Below are positions 27,849 through 41,528 of a stretch of DNA of 64,000 nucleotides, in pieces. The translations under genes were made by a program, and so were the position numbers. Source of the DNA: Lama guanicoe (taxonomy: Eukaryota); the NCBI GenBank assembly GCA_013239625.1, contig MU054122.1:460773-524772 (forward strand). Reading direction: 5' to 3'. Below the pieces are notes generated by a model, which did not search any database, was not told the origin of the DNA, and saw only the letters and a program-made list of their open reading frames with translations. Each line of letters starts with the position of its first letter. Positions within the stretch are counted from its first letter, which is position 1.

Positions 27849-28689
27849 GTACCTTTTGGACCTCCAGTAACCCCTTTCTAATTCCTTTGCGTTTTCTTCA
27901 GATGTTTAGACTCAATATTCTCTGGCTCTGGCCTTTCTATTAAACAAATTCTTGCTTTCCATCATTAGGATGTAAATTTAAGATATTCTGTCTCTTATCA
28001 GCATAATAGTGTTTTTGTTGTTGTTTGTTTCGTTCATTCAAGTATTCTCTACTTTATTTTACAAAAGATTTTATAAGATTTATAAGGACCACACATTAAA
28101 CTGGAAGAGAAACAGATAGCAATTAACCTCTCAGAACATAGAGCCAGGATAGAGAATCAGCACTAAAGTGTGTCAACATGTAAATTTATGCAGGTCATAT
28201 GCTACAGTATCATTAAATTTGACCTGTACCTTTTTCTGATGTTCTTTATAATCAGTTTTGTATTGACTATAAGAAACAATCATATCAGTTCTTCACAGAA
28301 AATAAAGATTTCCTAGCACGAGGATTTGGAGCAACAACAAAAAAATCTTCACAGAGTTTATGTAGATGATACTATCCACACTGTGAAATAAATGCAGAAG
28401 CAGATTGCCTGGGATGGTTTGTTATTTCCCTTCAAGGTAAGCAGACGATAATATTTCAAAGCAAAACACACTGAACACACTTTTTCTAGTTACCCAAACA
28501 TTTTGGACGAAGTAACCTGTTACTGATGCTCCTCCCTGGTCCCCGGAGGGCGGGGCATTCACACTTGTTTGGAGTTATGATCTTAACTTTCTTCATATAA
28601 GTTTGTCATTCTCTCAGCTAGGATTTTTTTTTTAATATGAGTTGTGCAGTGGACATTTCAGTTGTGATTAATTTCTGGCTAAAGCTTGC

Positions 28690-29200
28690 TTCCTGTGACT
28701 GATTAAAGATGCATATAAAAGATCCATCACTCTCCCCATCAGAATGAGGCTTCACGTCCCAACCCTTTGAGTCTGGGCTTGTCTTGGGTCTGCCTGAACA
28801 ACAGAATGCTGTTCTCCAGCAAGTGGTGCTGGACCACTGGACCAGTTCTGGGTCTTTCATGAGGACAGCTTCCCCTCCTTCCTCTGGGGACTTCCTTCCT
28901 CCCTGAACCCAGCTACACTGGAGAAGCCAAGATCAGACAGAAAGTCCATGCCCAGGAAAGCCAGGTGAGGGCCCCAGTTCAGCTTCTGGGTGACAGCCAG
29001 CATCAAACGCCAGCCACCTGTGAGTCACTGTGGATGCTCTAACCCAGCTGAGTCCCCAGGTGGTACAGCCGCAGCCGAGACTTCATGAAGCAAAGAAACT
29101 ACCCAGCTGAGCCCAGTCAACTCAGACTGGTGGGGGAGTAAAATGACTGTTGTTTTGAGCCCCTAAGTTTTGGGGTGGTTTCTTAACTCAGTAACATATA
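28690..29200. mobile_element. MaLR (MLT1-type) LTR
   Basis: ccctttgagtctgggcttg..aacagaatg..; cccagctgagcccagtcaac..ttgttttgagcccctaagttttggggtggttt. Confidence 0.6.
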
Positions 29201-30010
29201 ATAAAAATACTTCCCAACCACATTTCAATCCACTACATACAGTCCTGCTTTGGCCACTAACTCTTTCCCAGATTTGTTCTGGTCAAAGTCATAATGTCAC
29301 AAATCACTGGGAAACATGATAGACACCATTCTCGCCTTACTGAAACCCTTGCTGTATTTGATTACTGACCACTCCCTCCTAAAAAAAAAAAATATATATA
29401 TATATATATATGTATATATGTAATAGTTAATATTTTCACATGGTTCACAAACAGAAAGTTTAGAATTGTCACCAACGATAAGTCTACTATTTTGTTCCAC
29501 ACCTGGCCAATTCCACTCCCATCTCTGTCCCCAGTGGGTAAAAAACATCCTTATTTTGTTAGATATCAGTCTGGAATTTCTGTATATTCATACAAGTATA
29601 CATTAGGTTTCTTCTCTTCCCACTTTTTAAACAAAACATGCATTTTATACACATGAGTCCACCCCTTTTCTATTTCCAACATTAGTAATACATCTTGGGG
29701 ACTTTTTACATAGGGAGCTTCATTTTAAAATCATATTCTTTAAAAAAAAAAACTTCTACCATATGGCTAGCTCTAGATTAAGATGCTGTGTGTTCCACAA
29801 AAGAATTTCTTGACCACTCACAAAAAGGTAAGAGATTTTAGAATATAGGTAGCTCTTTCCTCTCTAGATTCACAAGTGGCCCCCAAAACACCGTTTCTTA
29901 CTGAAGCCTGACCTTCCAAGGAGAAAAAATAACCCACAAGTAGATCATAATGGATTCTTCCTATTTCATCTCATAGTGCAAAGTTGTTTTTTTTTTAATT
30001 GTAACATAAG

Positions 30011-30467
30011 TGTCTGATATTAAGCTTTTGGTTGCTGAAGCATCTATTTCAAAGAAATCTACCTCAAATAAACACATTGCCACATACACAACTGGATAGA
30101 GTCAGGCCCTCCTCCATAAAGCTCCCCTTTTCCAAAGTCCCGAGTGACCCCGCTTTTCCCTTTCTGTGCTTTAATTCCTGGCTCTTACACATTTTAAATT
30201 CACCAATAAAAGTCTGAGAAACCCTAGATAGCCCATCCTCAACCCCAGAAAAGCAGAACGTCAAGTTTGTGCTGTCTGCCTATGACCTTGCTGTGTGCCC
30301 ATGGGGCGTGTCCGGGTACTCTCCAGGACCCTGGAGTCATAAACCTTGATTTTCCAAAGTTCCCTGATGGTAGCTGCTGAGGTGTGCCTTATAATCCTAA
30401 CAAGAATCACAAGGGCTGGACCAGCCATGACATCACAAGACTGGCTCCAGTCTGTGAAGTGTCGACA
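30011..30467 (+). mobile_element. Probable ERVL-class solo LTR (MER54/73/74-like)
   Basis: About 457 bp bounded by TG...CA, with internal aataaa. Family assignment is from recall only. Confidence 0.45.
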
Positions 30468-31846
30468 GGGCCCCTAGAAGTAGTCCGGGCCCAGGTGAGC
30501 GCCGCAGGCATTTCTAGCCAATAGCACCCCTAGTGATAGCTCAGACACAAACCATACCTCCGCCAAAAAAAAAAATTTCCATTTCATAATGAAAGCAGAT
30601 TCACGCTTGTGCTTGAAGAGACACAGAGACAAAAATAGAGGAAAGACTGGAAATCGAAACACGCAAATCACCTCCACATGTGACAAGTGCGAGGGTCTTC
30701 TCTTTTGTCTCATAATAGTATACTCAAGTAACGCTGAAACGAACAGTTCCCTGACTTACATCACAGGCAATATTCCACTATGGTGAGAGGAAGGAAGGTC
30801 TTGTTCAACAAATCCCGTTAGAATAATTTGAGATTCATGCAGGTAAAAGAAAAATTAGATTCTTACCCAACTTTACACCATAACAGTCAAAATGTCAAAT
30901 AAGTTATATGAGCCACAGAAGAATAAGAAAATAAAAGAAAATGTACTTAAGATTTTGAGGTGTCTAAGTCTTTAAAGCAAAACATATAATCAAAGGGAAA
31001 AATTGGCAGATTTTGTACATAAAAATTTGTCTCCTATAAGACAAAAGCCTTCAAAAACAAGCTAAATATACGCGTGTAATGGAAAGGAACATATGTACAA
31101 ATAATACACATAAATAATATACATTTGCACTTCCAAATTAATAAAAATGACTAAGAGCTCAACAGCACTGCAGGCAAGCCACATGAAAGGACCACTCACA
31201 GAAAAATACAAATAACCAACAAATACCTGAAAACATGTTCAATGTAAATAATCAGGTAAACATAAATGGGAAAAAAGTAAAAGATTTACAGACAAGCGTT
31301 ACATTTCAAAGATTTTACAAAAGTAAGACTGCGAGGAAACAGGTGCTTCCATGCCTTGCTGCTGGGATTAAACTGAGTTACAGCTCTTTGGGGACACAAT
31401 TTAGTAGTATCTACCAGAATTTAAAGTGAGTGTTCTCTTTAACCTAACAGGTTTACACCTACAAGTCTTTCTTGCACGTATACATCTGTACAAAGGCACA
31501 AAGGCGCTGTTCCTTCACTTCTCGGAGACTGATCCTTCATTATTGAAATATTTATTATAATATGAATAACTCAAGTGGTTGTTATTTTTAAATGAGATAA
31601 ATTAACACATGGCCTGGTACACAATAAATTCCAATGTGTTACATATTGATATTACTATGATCATCATTACCATCTGTTATTTTTGAGTACCTACGATTAA
31701 AAATTGTAAACAAAAATGTCCATCAGTGGAGAAAGACATATTAAGAAATAGCATGCACCTATTATGTGGGTACACACATGAATCACCAAGACATGTGAGC
31801 AAAATCATACAAAATGTACAGACTATTTCCATTTATAGAACGATTT

Positions 31847-31872
31847 GTGTGTGTGTGTGTGCGCGCGCGCGC
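31847..31872. repeat. (GT)n(GC)n alternating purine-pyrimidine microsatellite
   Basis: tgtgtgtgtgtgtgtgcgcgcgcgcgc read directly. Confidence 0.9.
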
Positions 31873-34800
31873 ACGTAAAGGGGAAGAGAAAGAATAAACG
31901 CGTGTTTATAAGGATCTAAGGATCTAAAAAGATACCAAACTCTTATTAATGCCTGATGTTATCAGAACAAAGGGGAAAAGTAAAGAGGAAGCTAAGACTT
32001 TTTTATCTTAGGTCATTCTGTGTGGTTTGAATTTTGACCTTTCTGAAACAGCCAACGGAAGCTGCCATGTTCTCTCTAAAACCAGTAAACTTGACTCATC
32101 TGAAACCAGAACAGCTGGGCCATATGACTTCAGTCAACTCTAACCAATTAGGTCATCTAGGCTTTTCAGATTAGAAATGAGAGAAGATAATTTATAATCT
32201 AGATTTTGCACACCATTTAGGAAGTCAGAGATTTATATCTAATTTTTTAAAATGGGGACTTAAGATGAGCTTAAGGTTTTTGGTCAATCCTCTTATTGCG
32301 AATAATGGCTGACTGATGAGGCATTTCTGAACAAAATTATTTCATCATATTCTGATTAAGGAACTCTTCATTTGAGGAACCTAGAAAACTTTCATATTCT
32401 TCCATTAACACTGTACATACAAATTATTAATATCATCCTAATGCAGGAGAATTCTCTAAAAATATCTTCTGTTGTGAAGACAGTGGTCACATCCCCTCAG
32501 TGACTCAGAGCCCCACCCTCCTTCCCTGCCAGGTGGCCAGGCTGGAAAATAAATCATTACAGCTTCTGCTTTATCTGAAATATTCATGTTCAAAAGACCC
32601 AGCCATCAAGATACCACACATACTCTGAAAGAGACCAGTGTCTAGGTAGCTTCTTCCTACTGTCCTACTATTAAATGAAATGACAGCCCCCTACTTCTAA
32701 TTCAAGATAAGAAAAATAACTACATATACGCAATCTTCCAAATCAGAAAAAAATGGAAAAAATATAGGAAAAGAAAATTTTACCCAAGACAATTATGTGA
32801 CAGTGACATTAAACTCTATCCCAGACATAAGTGGGTTTGGTACGACTTCAGAAATTTCACCCAGCACAACATAGTTATTATAAAACCATTGAGAGCAAAC
32901 TGTCAGCAATACCAACTAACATTCATTGAGCGTTTATATTTGCCAAGCTCTGTGCTAAATAGTTATAGATGTTATCTCATTTGCAATTCAGACAACTTCC
33001 TACCCCAGTTTACGGATGAGGACTCAGAAGCTTAAGAAAATTAAGTAGTTTTCCCTAAACCTAGACTGGTTTCCTTCCCAGGCTCCAGTTCTTAACCATT
33101 ACACGTGTCATCATTCCACCACTGAATGTGACTGATGAGAGAATTTAAAAATACCTGTCATCAGAATCTGATAGTAATACTCAAAGGCACTGTTTATAAT
33201 TTTGTTAGTATTTATCGAGAAATAAATCTATGTACACTTTCCTCCTAAAGAAACATTTATAGCTTTAATCCATTTCATTCACTAGAAGACTAAAATTAGT
33301 ACTAAAACAACTCAGCCTTAATTCCACCAAAGCTTAAAATAAATGTCGTAACGACTTCTTTTCTCCTTTCTAATGCTTACTCAACAAAACACATTTAAAA
33401 ATGAGCACACCAAGTGAGTGTTTCCAAAGTATCTATACAACTAAAGTTAATTCACAGGGAATATTTTAGAATATTTTTTTCCAAAACTGGCTGAATGCAT
33501 TTACAGAAAGCAGGTAATTCCATAAGCACATCATTAGGAATTTTTCGGGGCCAAAAACTTCATAACTATGAATATGTATCACCTGTAAAATAACCAGCAT
33601 TTTCGCAAAACTGTTTTTAAAGGCCTGTTTTTTTTTTGCTAGCTCTGCTCATATCTGACTTTGCTACCTAGCACATAGTTGATCATACCATCTACCACAT
33701 ACAGTATTTGCAGAAGCATTTCTTTGCAAAAAGAAATTATCCTGAAGTTATGAACTGTCTAGAATTTTACTTTTCCTTAAAACAGTAGTACCTTTTTAAT
33801 GCTACAAAATCAGTGTCTATAAATTATCTCATATATGTTGCTTTTGGAGCTGAAACAAAAAAGCAGAACCAGATTTTAGAGCAAATGCTTATGCATACAA
33901 GACACAAATAAAGCAGTAGCTTTGAAAAAAATTATTTGATGCTCAAAAATCAACATTCTTCCAGCTGAAAACTGGTTGAGTCATTTTTTCTTCTTGAGTA
34001 CATTTAATGTAAATTAATCTTTCAATTTCCTCAGTTCTTAAGATTAGTTTCTGTCATAAAGGTTTTAATAAAGTTCAAAGTATACCCAATAAAACTAGCT
34101 TCTGGACATATTAATTTAGCCACAAACCTATTTTAGCCAACTGATGATTAAATTATAAATCACTCGGGCAAATTATAATTATTTTCTGTTGTGTGTATTT
34201 CTCAAAAACAGGAGCACACATATTTTTCGCCATCTTTAATATAGTCCTTTCCAAGAAACGTGCGCATGTGTGTGTCTGGCTTATTTACAAAAAAAGAAAA
34301 GACTAGCTCTGTTCAATTAACAACGCTACTAAACTTTTACCATGGTTTCTAACTGCAGTGATGTCCATTTATTTCATATCATTAAATTCAGTACAACCAG
34401 AAAAACTATTACTCTGGATTTTACCTCTGTTCTCTGTCTTACACTCTGTACTACTTAAGGGAACAGACAGATAACTGCATGGCTATAAAATATGCTTTAA
34501 AAAAACATACAAAATGTCTTCCTACTTCACACTATGCAAATATCAAGTTTTTTGTTTGCATAAACTTAAAACTATGGTGTTCACTTTGGCTAGAAACAAT
34601 AGAATAACACAGTACTGCTGATTTTTTCAGTTATATTAAGTAAATGGGATACGGCATTTATAAATCATCTCCATCCACCCCCTGGGATTTCTCTATTGCG
34701 GTTTTTCTCAAAAGGGAGGCGGACTAAACTGCTTCAAACTGCCCAGCATCTTGCTAAAAATGCAGATTTCTTAACCCCACAACCACTGATGCAAAATCTC

Positions 34801-34952
34801 TAAGGTAAGGAGTCTGGGGTCTCCGATCACTCTTCTGAAAGCTGTGGTCTGAAACCCATTTGGTACAGTCCTTATCTTAAAAGCAAAAAACAAACAAACA
34901 AACAAACCAAAAAAACCCCACAAAGTGTTAAGTAGATTTAAGAATAATTTTA

Positions 34953-37269
34953 GGTTCCTCCGCGGACGCCGTTTCTCTCGGCCTCATCCCTCCGCCGCCA
35001 CCGAGCCGGTTTCCTCTTTCCGGCGCTCGGGGTGCGAGAGGCAGGTCGGGTCTGAGGACCCCGAAAACTACCATCCTCCAACCCGGGCAGCGTGGGCACC
35101 GTGAACAACGCGGGGCTGAATACGGAGAAGGTAGCTGCTCTGCTTCAGAAACTGAATTCTGACCCTCAGTTCGTCCTGGCTCAGAATGTCGGCACCACCC
35201 ACGCCCTGCTGGGCATCTGCCTGAAGAGGGCCACGGCCCAGGGTGCGCAGCATGTGTTCCAGCCCAATGTGCATCAGGAAGGCAAGCCAGCCACCAACCA
35301 GAAGAGCTCAGGGAGATGCTGGGTCTTTTCTTGTCGGAATGTTATGAGACGTCCATTCATGAGAAAATTAAATATTGAGGAATTTGAGTTTATTCAGTCT
35401 TACCTCTTTTTCTGGGGCAAGGTTGAACACTGTTACTTCTTCTTAAACGCCTTTGTGGACACAGCCCAGAACAAGGAGCCTGAGGATGGTAGGCAGGTGC
35501 AGTATTTGCTTACAAATCCTGCAAATGATGGTGGCCAATGGGATATGCCTGTCAATATTGTTGAAAAATATGGTGTTGTCCCTAAGAAATGCTTCCCTGA
35601 CTCTTACACAACAGAGGCAACCAGAAGGATGAATGATATTCCGAATCACAAGATGAGAGAATTCTGTATACGACTACGGAACCTGGTACACAGTGGAGCA
35701 ACCAAAGGAGAGATCTCAGCCACACAGGACGTCATGATGGAGGAGATACTCAGAGTGGTGTGCATCTGTTTGCGTAGTCCACCAGAGACGTTCACCTGGC
35801 AGTATCGAGACAAGGATAAAAACTATCAGAAGATGGGCCCCCTAACACCCTTGCAGTTTTACAGGGAACATGTCAAGCCACTCTTCAACATGGAAGATAA
35901 GATTTGTTTAGTGAATGACCCTCAGCCCAGCACAAGTACAACAAACTTTACATGGTGGACTACTTAAGCAATATGGTTGGAAGGAGAAAAACTCTATATA
36001 CCAACCAACCCATTGACTTCTTGAAAAAGATGGTTGCTGCCTCCATCAAAGATGGAGAGGCTGTGTGGTTTGGCTGTGATGTTGGAAAACACTTCAATAG
36101 CAAGCTGGGCCTCAGTGACATGAATGCCTATGACCATGAGTTAGTGTTTGGTGTCTCCATGAAGAACATGAATAAAGCTGAGAGGTTGACTTTTGGTGAG
36201 TCACTCATGACCCACGCCATGACCTTCACTGCTGTCTCAGAGAAGGATGATCAGGCTGGTAGTTTCCTGAAATGGAGAGTAGAAAATTCATGGGGTGAAG
36301 ACCATGGCCATAAAGGTTACCTGTGCATGACAGAGGAGTGGTTCTGTGAATATGTTTACGAGGTGGTGGTGGACAAGAAGCATGTCCCTGGAGAGGTGCT
36401 GGCCATGCTAGAGCAGGAGCCCATCATCCTGCCAGCCTGGGACCCCACTTTGGCCGAGTGACTCTGCCCCCCAGCCTTTCCTCCTCCCGTGGGACCTGAA
36501 GTAGCTACAAAGGACAGATCCAGACCTGAAACCAAAGTTACCCAGGTGACTGTGTGTTTCCACAGGACACAGTCAGACCCCTGAATTTCTCTTCCAGGAA
36601 CCCCTTTGGGGAAGTGTGCTTTATGCTGAAACAAAATGTTCTTAAAGAAAAAAGGGAAAGATCAGGTCATACTATCTATTCTCCTCATCTCCAGCAGCTC
36701 AGGATCTCTTACCATTTTAATCAGATGTAACTGTCTTAATTCTGTCAACAGGTTTGGTTCCATGTCTGTTTTTATGTGGCAGGAGAGGAGGAGCAATAGA
36801 GGTGTGTGGAGAGAAAATGCCCTAGTGCTCCTTGGTCCTAGAGTAGAGTGGGGGGAGGGTGCCCTAATATTCAAGTTCTCAGAACTGCATGCTGCCTGAC
36901 AGTGTCACTGTCCCGCCTAGATGGCAGTCACTGAATTCAGTTTTTTCAAGGTAATTTTATGTGCCTCTAATAGCCCAGGAATGGGAGGTTGATCAACACT
37001 GACACGATTCCTTCCTGTTGTTCTGAACTGCGGGGGAACACAGCTCTACCTGAGTCAGAGTTAGGCAGAGGCTTAGAGGAAGTGGGTGAGAGAACAGCCC
37101 AAACCTTATCATGATCTGAATTATAATCATTAGGGGGAACTCTCACCAAATGGTTTAACTTCTGCCTCTGGAATTGGGAGTTGGGTGGGCATGAAAAGGG
37201 GTATCTGTTCTTCTGACAACTAGATGGTGCTGAGAAGCTTTTGAATAAAACACTTTACCAAATGAAACA
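34953..37269 (+). pseudogene. BLMH: Processed pseudogene of BLMH (bleomycin hydrolase)
   Basis: Intronless copy. Start position reads GTG (35101). NAGLNTEKVAALLQKLNSDPQFVLAQNVG..NQKSSGRCW..; one frameshift at ~35925; ..LMTHAMTF..VENSWG..PAWDPTLAE* (TGA 36459-36461). Full 3'UTR with AATAAA at 37244-37249. Degenerate TSD aagaataatttta (34940-34952) / aaaagtaatttta (37270-37282). Confidence 0.96.
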
Positions 37270-37749
37270 AAAAGTAATTTTAATTTTCAAATTAAACACA
37301 CTGCATTTTAAAATACTGGGGCAAGGCAGTAACATAAGTAGGAAATAAAATGTATTTTGGGAGCACCCTCAATCCTGCATTATGTATCATTTCAGTGGAG
37401 CAGAATGACATGGTGAGAATATACAATTAGGTAGACCAGGATGCTGTAGTTAAATATTTTTAAAGCAGAATCAAAGTATATTAATAATCATAGAGTTTTA
37501 CAGTCTAGGGGCATAAAAGTCAACAGGCTAACAATATGCCTGGAAATTGTGTGTATAAAAATAATTTAGTACTTTTTAAGCCCTTAAAAAGACATCAATC
37601 TTCATGTATCAGAACAAGACATATTAATCATGTAGGAAAAAAAAATCCTGGTGCCTCATTTCAAAGCCAAACTCCAATGAATTAAGACCAAAAGGCCTAT
37701 GTGTTATTCTGAAACCAAAATGTTAAAAAACAAAACTCCTAAAATACCA

Positions 37750-38270
37750 GTAAACGGAACAAATCAATATTCCTACAGGAGAGAGCATAAATTAAATCTA
37801 ATCATATGGCAACTTCAAACAAACCTAAATTGAGAGACTTTCCACAAAATAACTGTTCTTGACTGTTGAAAATGTTAAAATCATGAAACAAACAAACAAA
37901 AAAATCAGGCAATCACTCCAGACAAAAAGAGATGACAACTAAATAAAACGCCCGAAGCTGGACTGAATCTTGACCCAGAACATACGTGTTCTGAACGTCC
38001 ATGCTGATGAGGTTTGGATAAGGTCTGTAGTTTAGATATTCTGTCAGTGTTAATTTCTTGATTTGGGTCACTGTCCTGTGTCCTTGTTAGGAAACATACA
38101 CTGAAGTAATGAGGGGCTAATGTTTCCAGTTTACTCTCAAATGGTTCACAAAATATTATGAAGAGAGATTACTACAGCAAAAGGGCAAAATGTTAAGGGA
38201 ATTCAAGTGAAGACTTCTTAGTAAGTCTTCTTGCAACTTGTAAGTTTGAAATTCTATCAAAATAAAAAAA
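37750..38270 (+). mobile_element. L1MC-type 3' UTR fragment
   Basis: aaacctaaattgagagac..caaaataactg..; gtgttaatttcttgattt..ttaggaaacatacactgaagta..ttactctcaaatggttca..gtaagtttgaaatt. Confidence 0.6.
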
Positions 38271-41239
38271 ATGATAAATATATTTTTAAAAGCTGGAAAA
38301 AAAATCTGAAATTTTTAGAATGTATTTTTAAACTTCAAGCCTAGAGGAATGATTAATGTCTATTTTAGATGTTTCAAAAATTTAGACTAAACAAACTGAA
38401 TTTTCAGTTCCAGTTGATGTCTTCATAGTAGAAATTACAAAACCGTGTTGTTCTTATATTTATCAATTATATGTATATTCCAGATCTACATATATGTTTA
38501 ATGGAAAATACCTCTGCATTTTACACATTCATTTAAATGTTGCTTCTTAAGAGTTCTTTTTCCTTCAGCGTTGTGCCTTAATAACGTTTCATATTTTGTT
38601 CAAAAGTAATTTTAAATCAGAATGTTGCCTCTTTAGTGGTGTTCTGAGACATTTAACACATGTAAGTAACAAAGAATCCCGCTACATCAGATTACCAATG
38701 CCCTAAATTTTGTTAAAGCGCAAATCATTATTTTGCAAAATGATTTCCTAACCGATCTAACCTAGTAATTTTGTCAGAGGTTTACTATGTAGGTTGAAGA
38801 GAGAGGTGTGGCAGGAGGAAACTGCTAATTCCCCACAACAGTACCTGGCTCACAATAGGCACAAATATTTTGGAAGGTCAGGGGAGAAAGGAAGGGATTG
38901 CACTATTCTGTGTCACTTTTGCAAAAGAGCGTCAGAAACCAGGAGGTAGTGGTATAATAATTAGATGCTTAAAAATCCAAAGATGCGAGCATAACACTTC
39001 TGAGATTCTACAGATGTCAAGTAACAAAAGCCTTTGGTGAAAAATGACTTTTAATATTTATTTTGGCATTTTTTTCCATTAAGTTATAACTATCAAGGAT
39101 GTTGTGTATTAATATCAAATTAAGACCATGAAAAGTTTCTAAAAAGACATATTATACATATAGTATGATACACAATACAATATAGCTTGATGTATCAAGC
39201 TATAAAGCTATGAAAAATTTAAAGCCAGAACTGTAAGGAATGTCAAGTCCAACAGGAGGGTGCTCATATCAAAATTTCTTGATATACATTTTTCAAATCC
39301 AAAATCTTCAGGATTGAATTCTGGGTCTATTTGACTCAATCAAGCCTGACTTACCTACTAAAAGGAACATTACGGTGACTTTGGGAGACACTCAAAAGAC
39401 AATGCAGCCACAGAAGACAAGTGCTAAGGACTTTCAAATACTTCGTCTTTTCAAAATCAAACTACCACTTAAGCACTTTATTTTCTACACAAAAGATGGT
39501 TGAGAATTAGTTGAAATAAAAGATACTGAAGATACACTAAATCTAAAGTTTAGGCATACTTTGAGTATATTAACATAGTCACTGATGAGTTTGATACATT
39601 TTCATTTTTATTAAAGTTGATCACAATTCCTATTTCAGGATATTCCACAACTTCAGAAAAAAAAAAAGTATTACAGCTGCTGGTAGGGAGCACAAGTTGA
39701 ATTAATGCAAGTTGCAGGAAGAGGATTTAAAATAGCTTTCATAAGACAGGCACATAACAGATATGCAAACTTCTTACACTATGTTAGCAAATGGGAACAT
39801 TCCCTGAAAATTTCTTCTGTATAAAAACTCAAGATGAAGACAGATCAAGGCATGTAAGTGCAGAATGAACACCAGCATCTTTGAGAATTAATAATCTAAT
39901 ACATGTTGCTCGTTAAAGCATTCAGCTGCGGAGGAAATGTTAAGATGTAATGTAATAAAAGAAATAGCACCTTTTAAAATCAAGTTATCTAAAATGTAAG
40001 TTTGCAAAACTATTCTGAATCTCCACATGAAATAATTTGAAAAGGTGGTAACACAAGACAAGTAATTTTGAAAAGTGTGATGTTACACACTGATTGTAAA
40101 TGCAAATACAGATACAGAACACTTTAAGCCAAAATTACACCTACATATTTATGGCAGGCATACAAGTTCCTTGTCTTTTAAATTCACCTATTTAATATTC
40201 TCTCTAAACCAGGCCAGTAAAGCAGCAGACCTCAGTAGGGGGTGGGGGGAATCTGTAAAGGACGTATTTAAAGAATTAAAAGCACTATCAGGGTATCTTC
40301 AGTGTATCTTTCTATTAAACATGTGGACAGAAGCATTATCATAAGACTTTTTCCTGTTCAATGGAATTCAGAATAAAACATGTCTATTTCAGATCATACC
40401 AAAACTTTCTGTTACTTAAGTACTACAAAGAGGTTATCATAAGATGATTTTCATTAGATGATTCCACAGTATAAAGTGGCCTTTTTCAGCCAAAGTTTTG
40501 AGTGGAACAAACCCAATGTTACCATCAGACCCAATTTTTTTTTTTTCACAAGTGAGGCCAAGTACATCCTTACATTCTTTTGAATTCCTTAAAATCCTTC
40601 GAGTTGAAAAGACTGACCTCGAGAAGTTAATTCAAATAAAAATAAACCTGCTTAGTAGCTTAAGTAATTTCAATGCTCTAAACATATTTCCAAAGACTAT
40701 TTTCCAATTGTGACATCTAATTGAATATTTTTGGTTTTTTATATGGCTACTTTATCTACATCAAAAGATTTACCATAGCAAACCACATCGTGTTTCCAAA
40801 AATCATCATTCATCAAAAATTCTGCCTTACAACTTGAGAGAAATAAATCCTTGGTTAAGAAAGACCAATACATTATTAACAAATTATTATAATTCTGTAT
40901 TTAGTTGCATTTGTAAATATCACTTGGCAAGTATCATAATGGTAAATCATTAAACTAATTTCTAACTATTGATTTAAAAAGCTTTGAACATATGTTGCAA
41001 AAAAATTTAGTAAAACTAAAAAAACTAAAAGCCTAGCAAAAGTTTGGTTTTTTTTTCCCCCCAGGTAATACACCCAATTAATTTCTTACTGATCACCGCC
41101 TACCCAGCAGTTGATAAATACTTGCATAGTTCCTGTAGAAAATGGACCTGACACAGTATGAACACAGGTATTGGCAAACACCACGTGTCTCGAGTTCTAT
41201 TTTAAGAAATTATACAATCCATACTATTTCATGAAGTTG

Positions 41240-41245
41240 TTTATT
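41240..41245 (-). terminator. Candidate proximal poly(A) signal (AATAAA) of HACD1
   Basis: tttatt on the + strand about 70 nt past the stop codon. Another candidate lies at 39607-39612. Usage is unknown. Confidence 0.35.
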
Positions 41246-41315
41246 CTTGTTATTAAAACTTGGACTCAAGTAATCCTGGCTGTTCTGGAAAAAGCACCTT
41301 GTTCGTAGGGATCAC

Positions 41316-41398
41316 TTAATCATCCTTTTCGACAATCACCTCTCCAAGAAGCACCTTTCTTCTCTGACGTAACATATGAAAATAGAGTTGTGGAAACA
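41316..41398 (-). CDS. HACD1: HACD1 exon 7 (terminal coding exon)
   Basis: cccactcag|TG TTT CCA CAA CTC TAT TTT CAT ATG... = (L)[29 protein letters not shown] at 41316-41318. Confidence 0.96.
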
Positions 41399-41528
41399 CT
41401 GAGTGGGAAAGAAGGAAACAAAGAAAGATAAGCTATTGTTGGAAATGTTTTCTACTTAAAAACCTCTTCAACACGGCAAACTCTGAGAGCAGGCCCACCA
41501 AGTACCACTGCTACCTCCCCTATATTTA

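Noticed and set aside
35101..35103. Shared ATG->GTG change in the MOAP1 and BLMH copies as a sign of A-to-I-edited templates
   Set aside because: Only two events, and the other substitutions are of mixed types. It cannot be distinguished from neutral transitions without the parental sequences.
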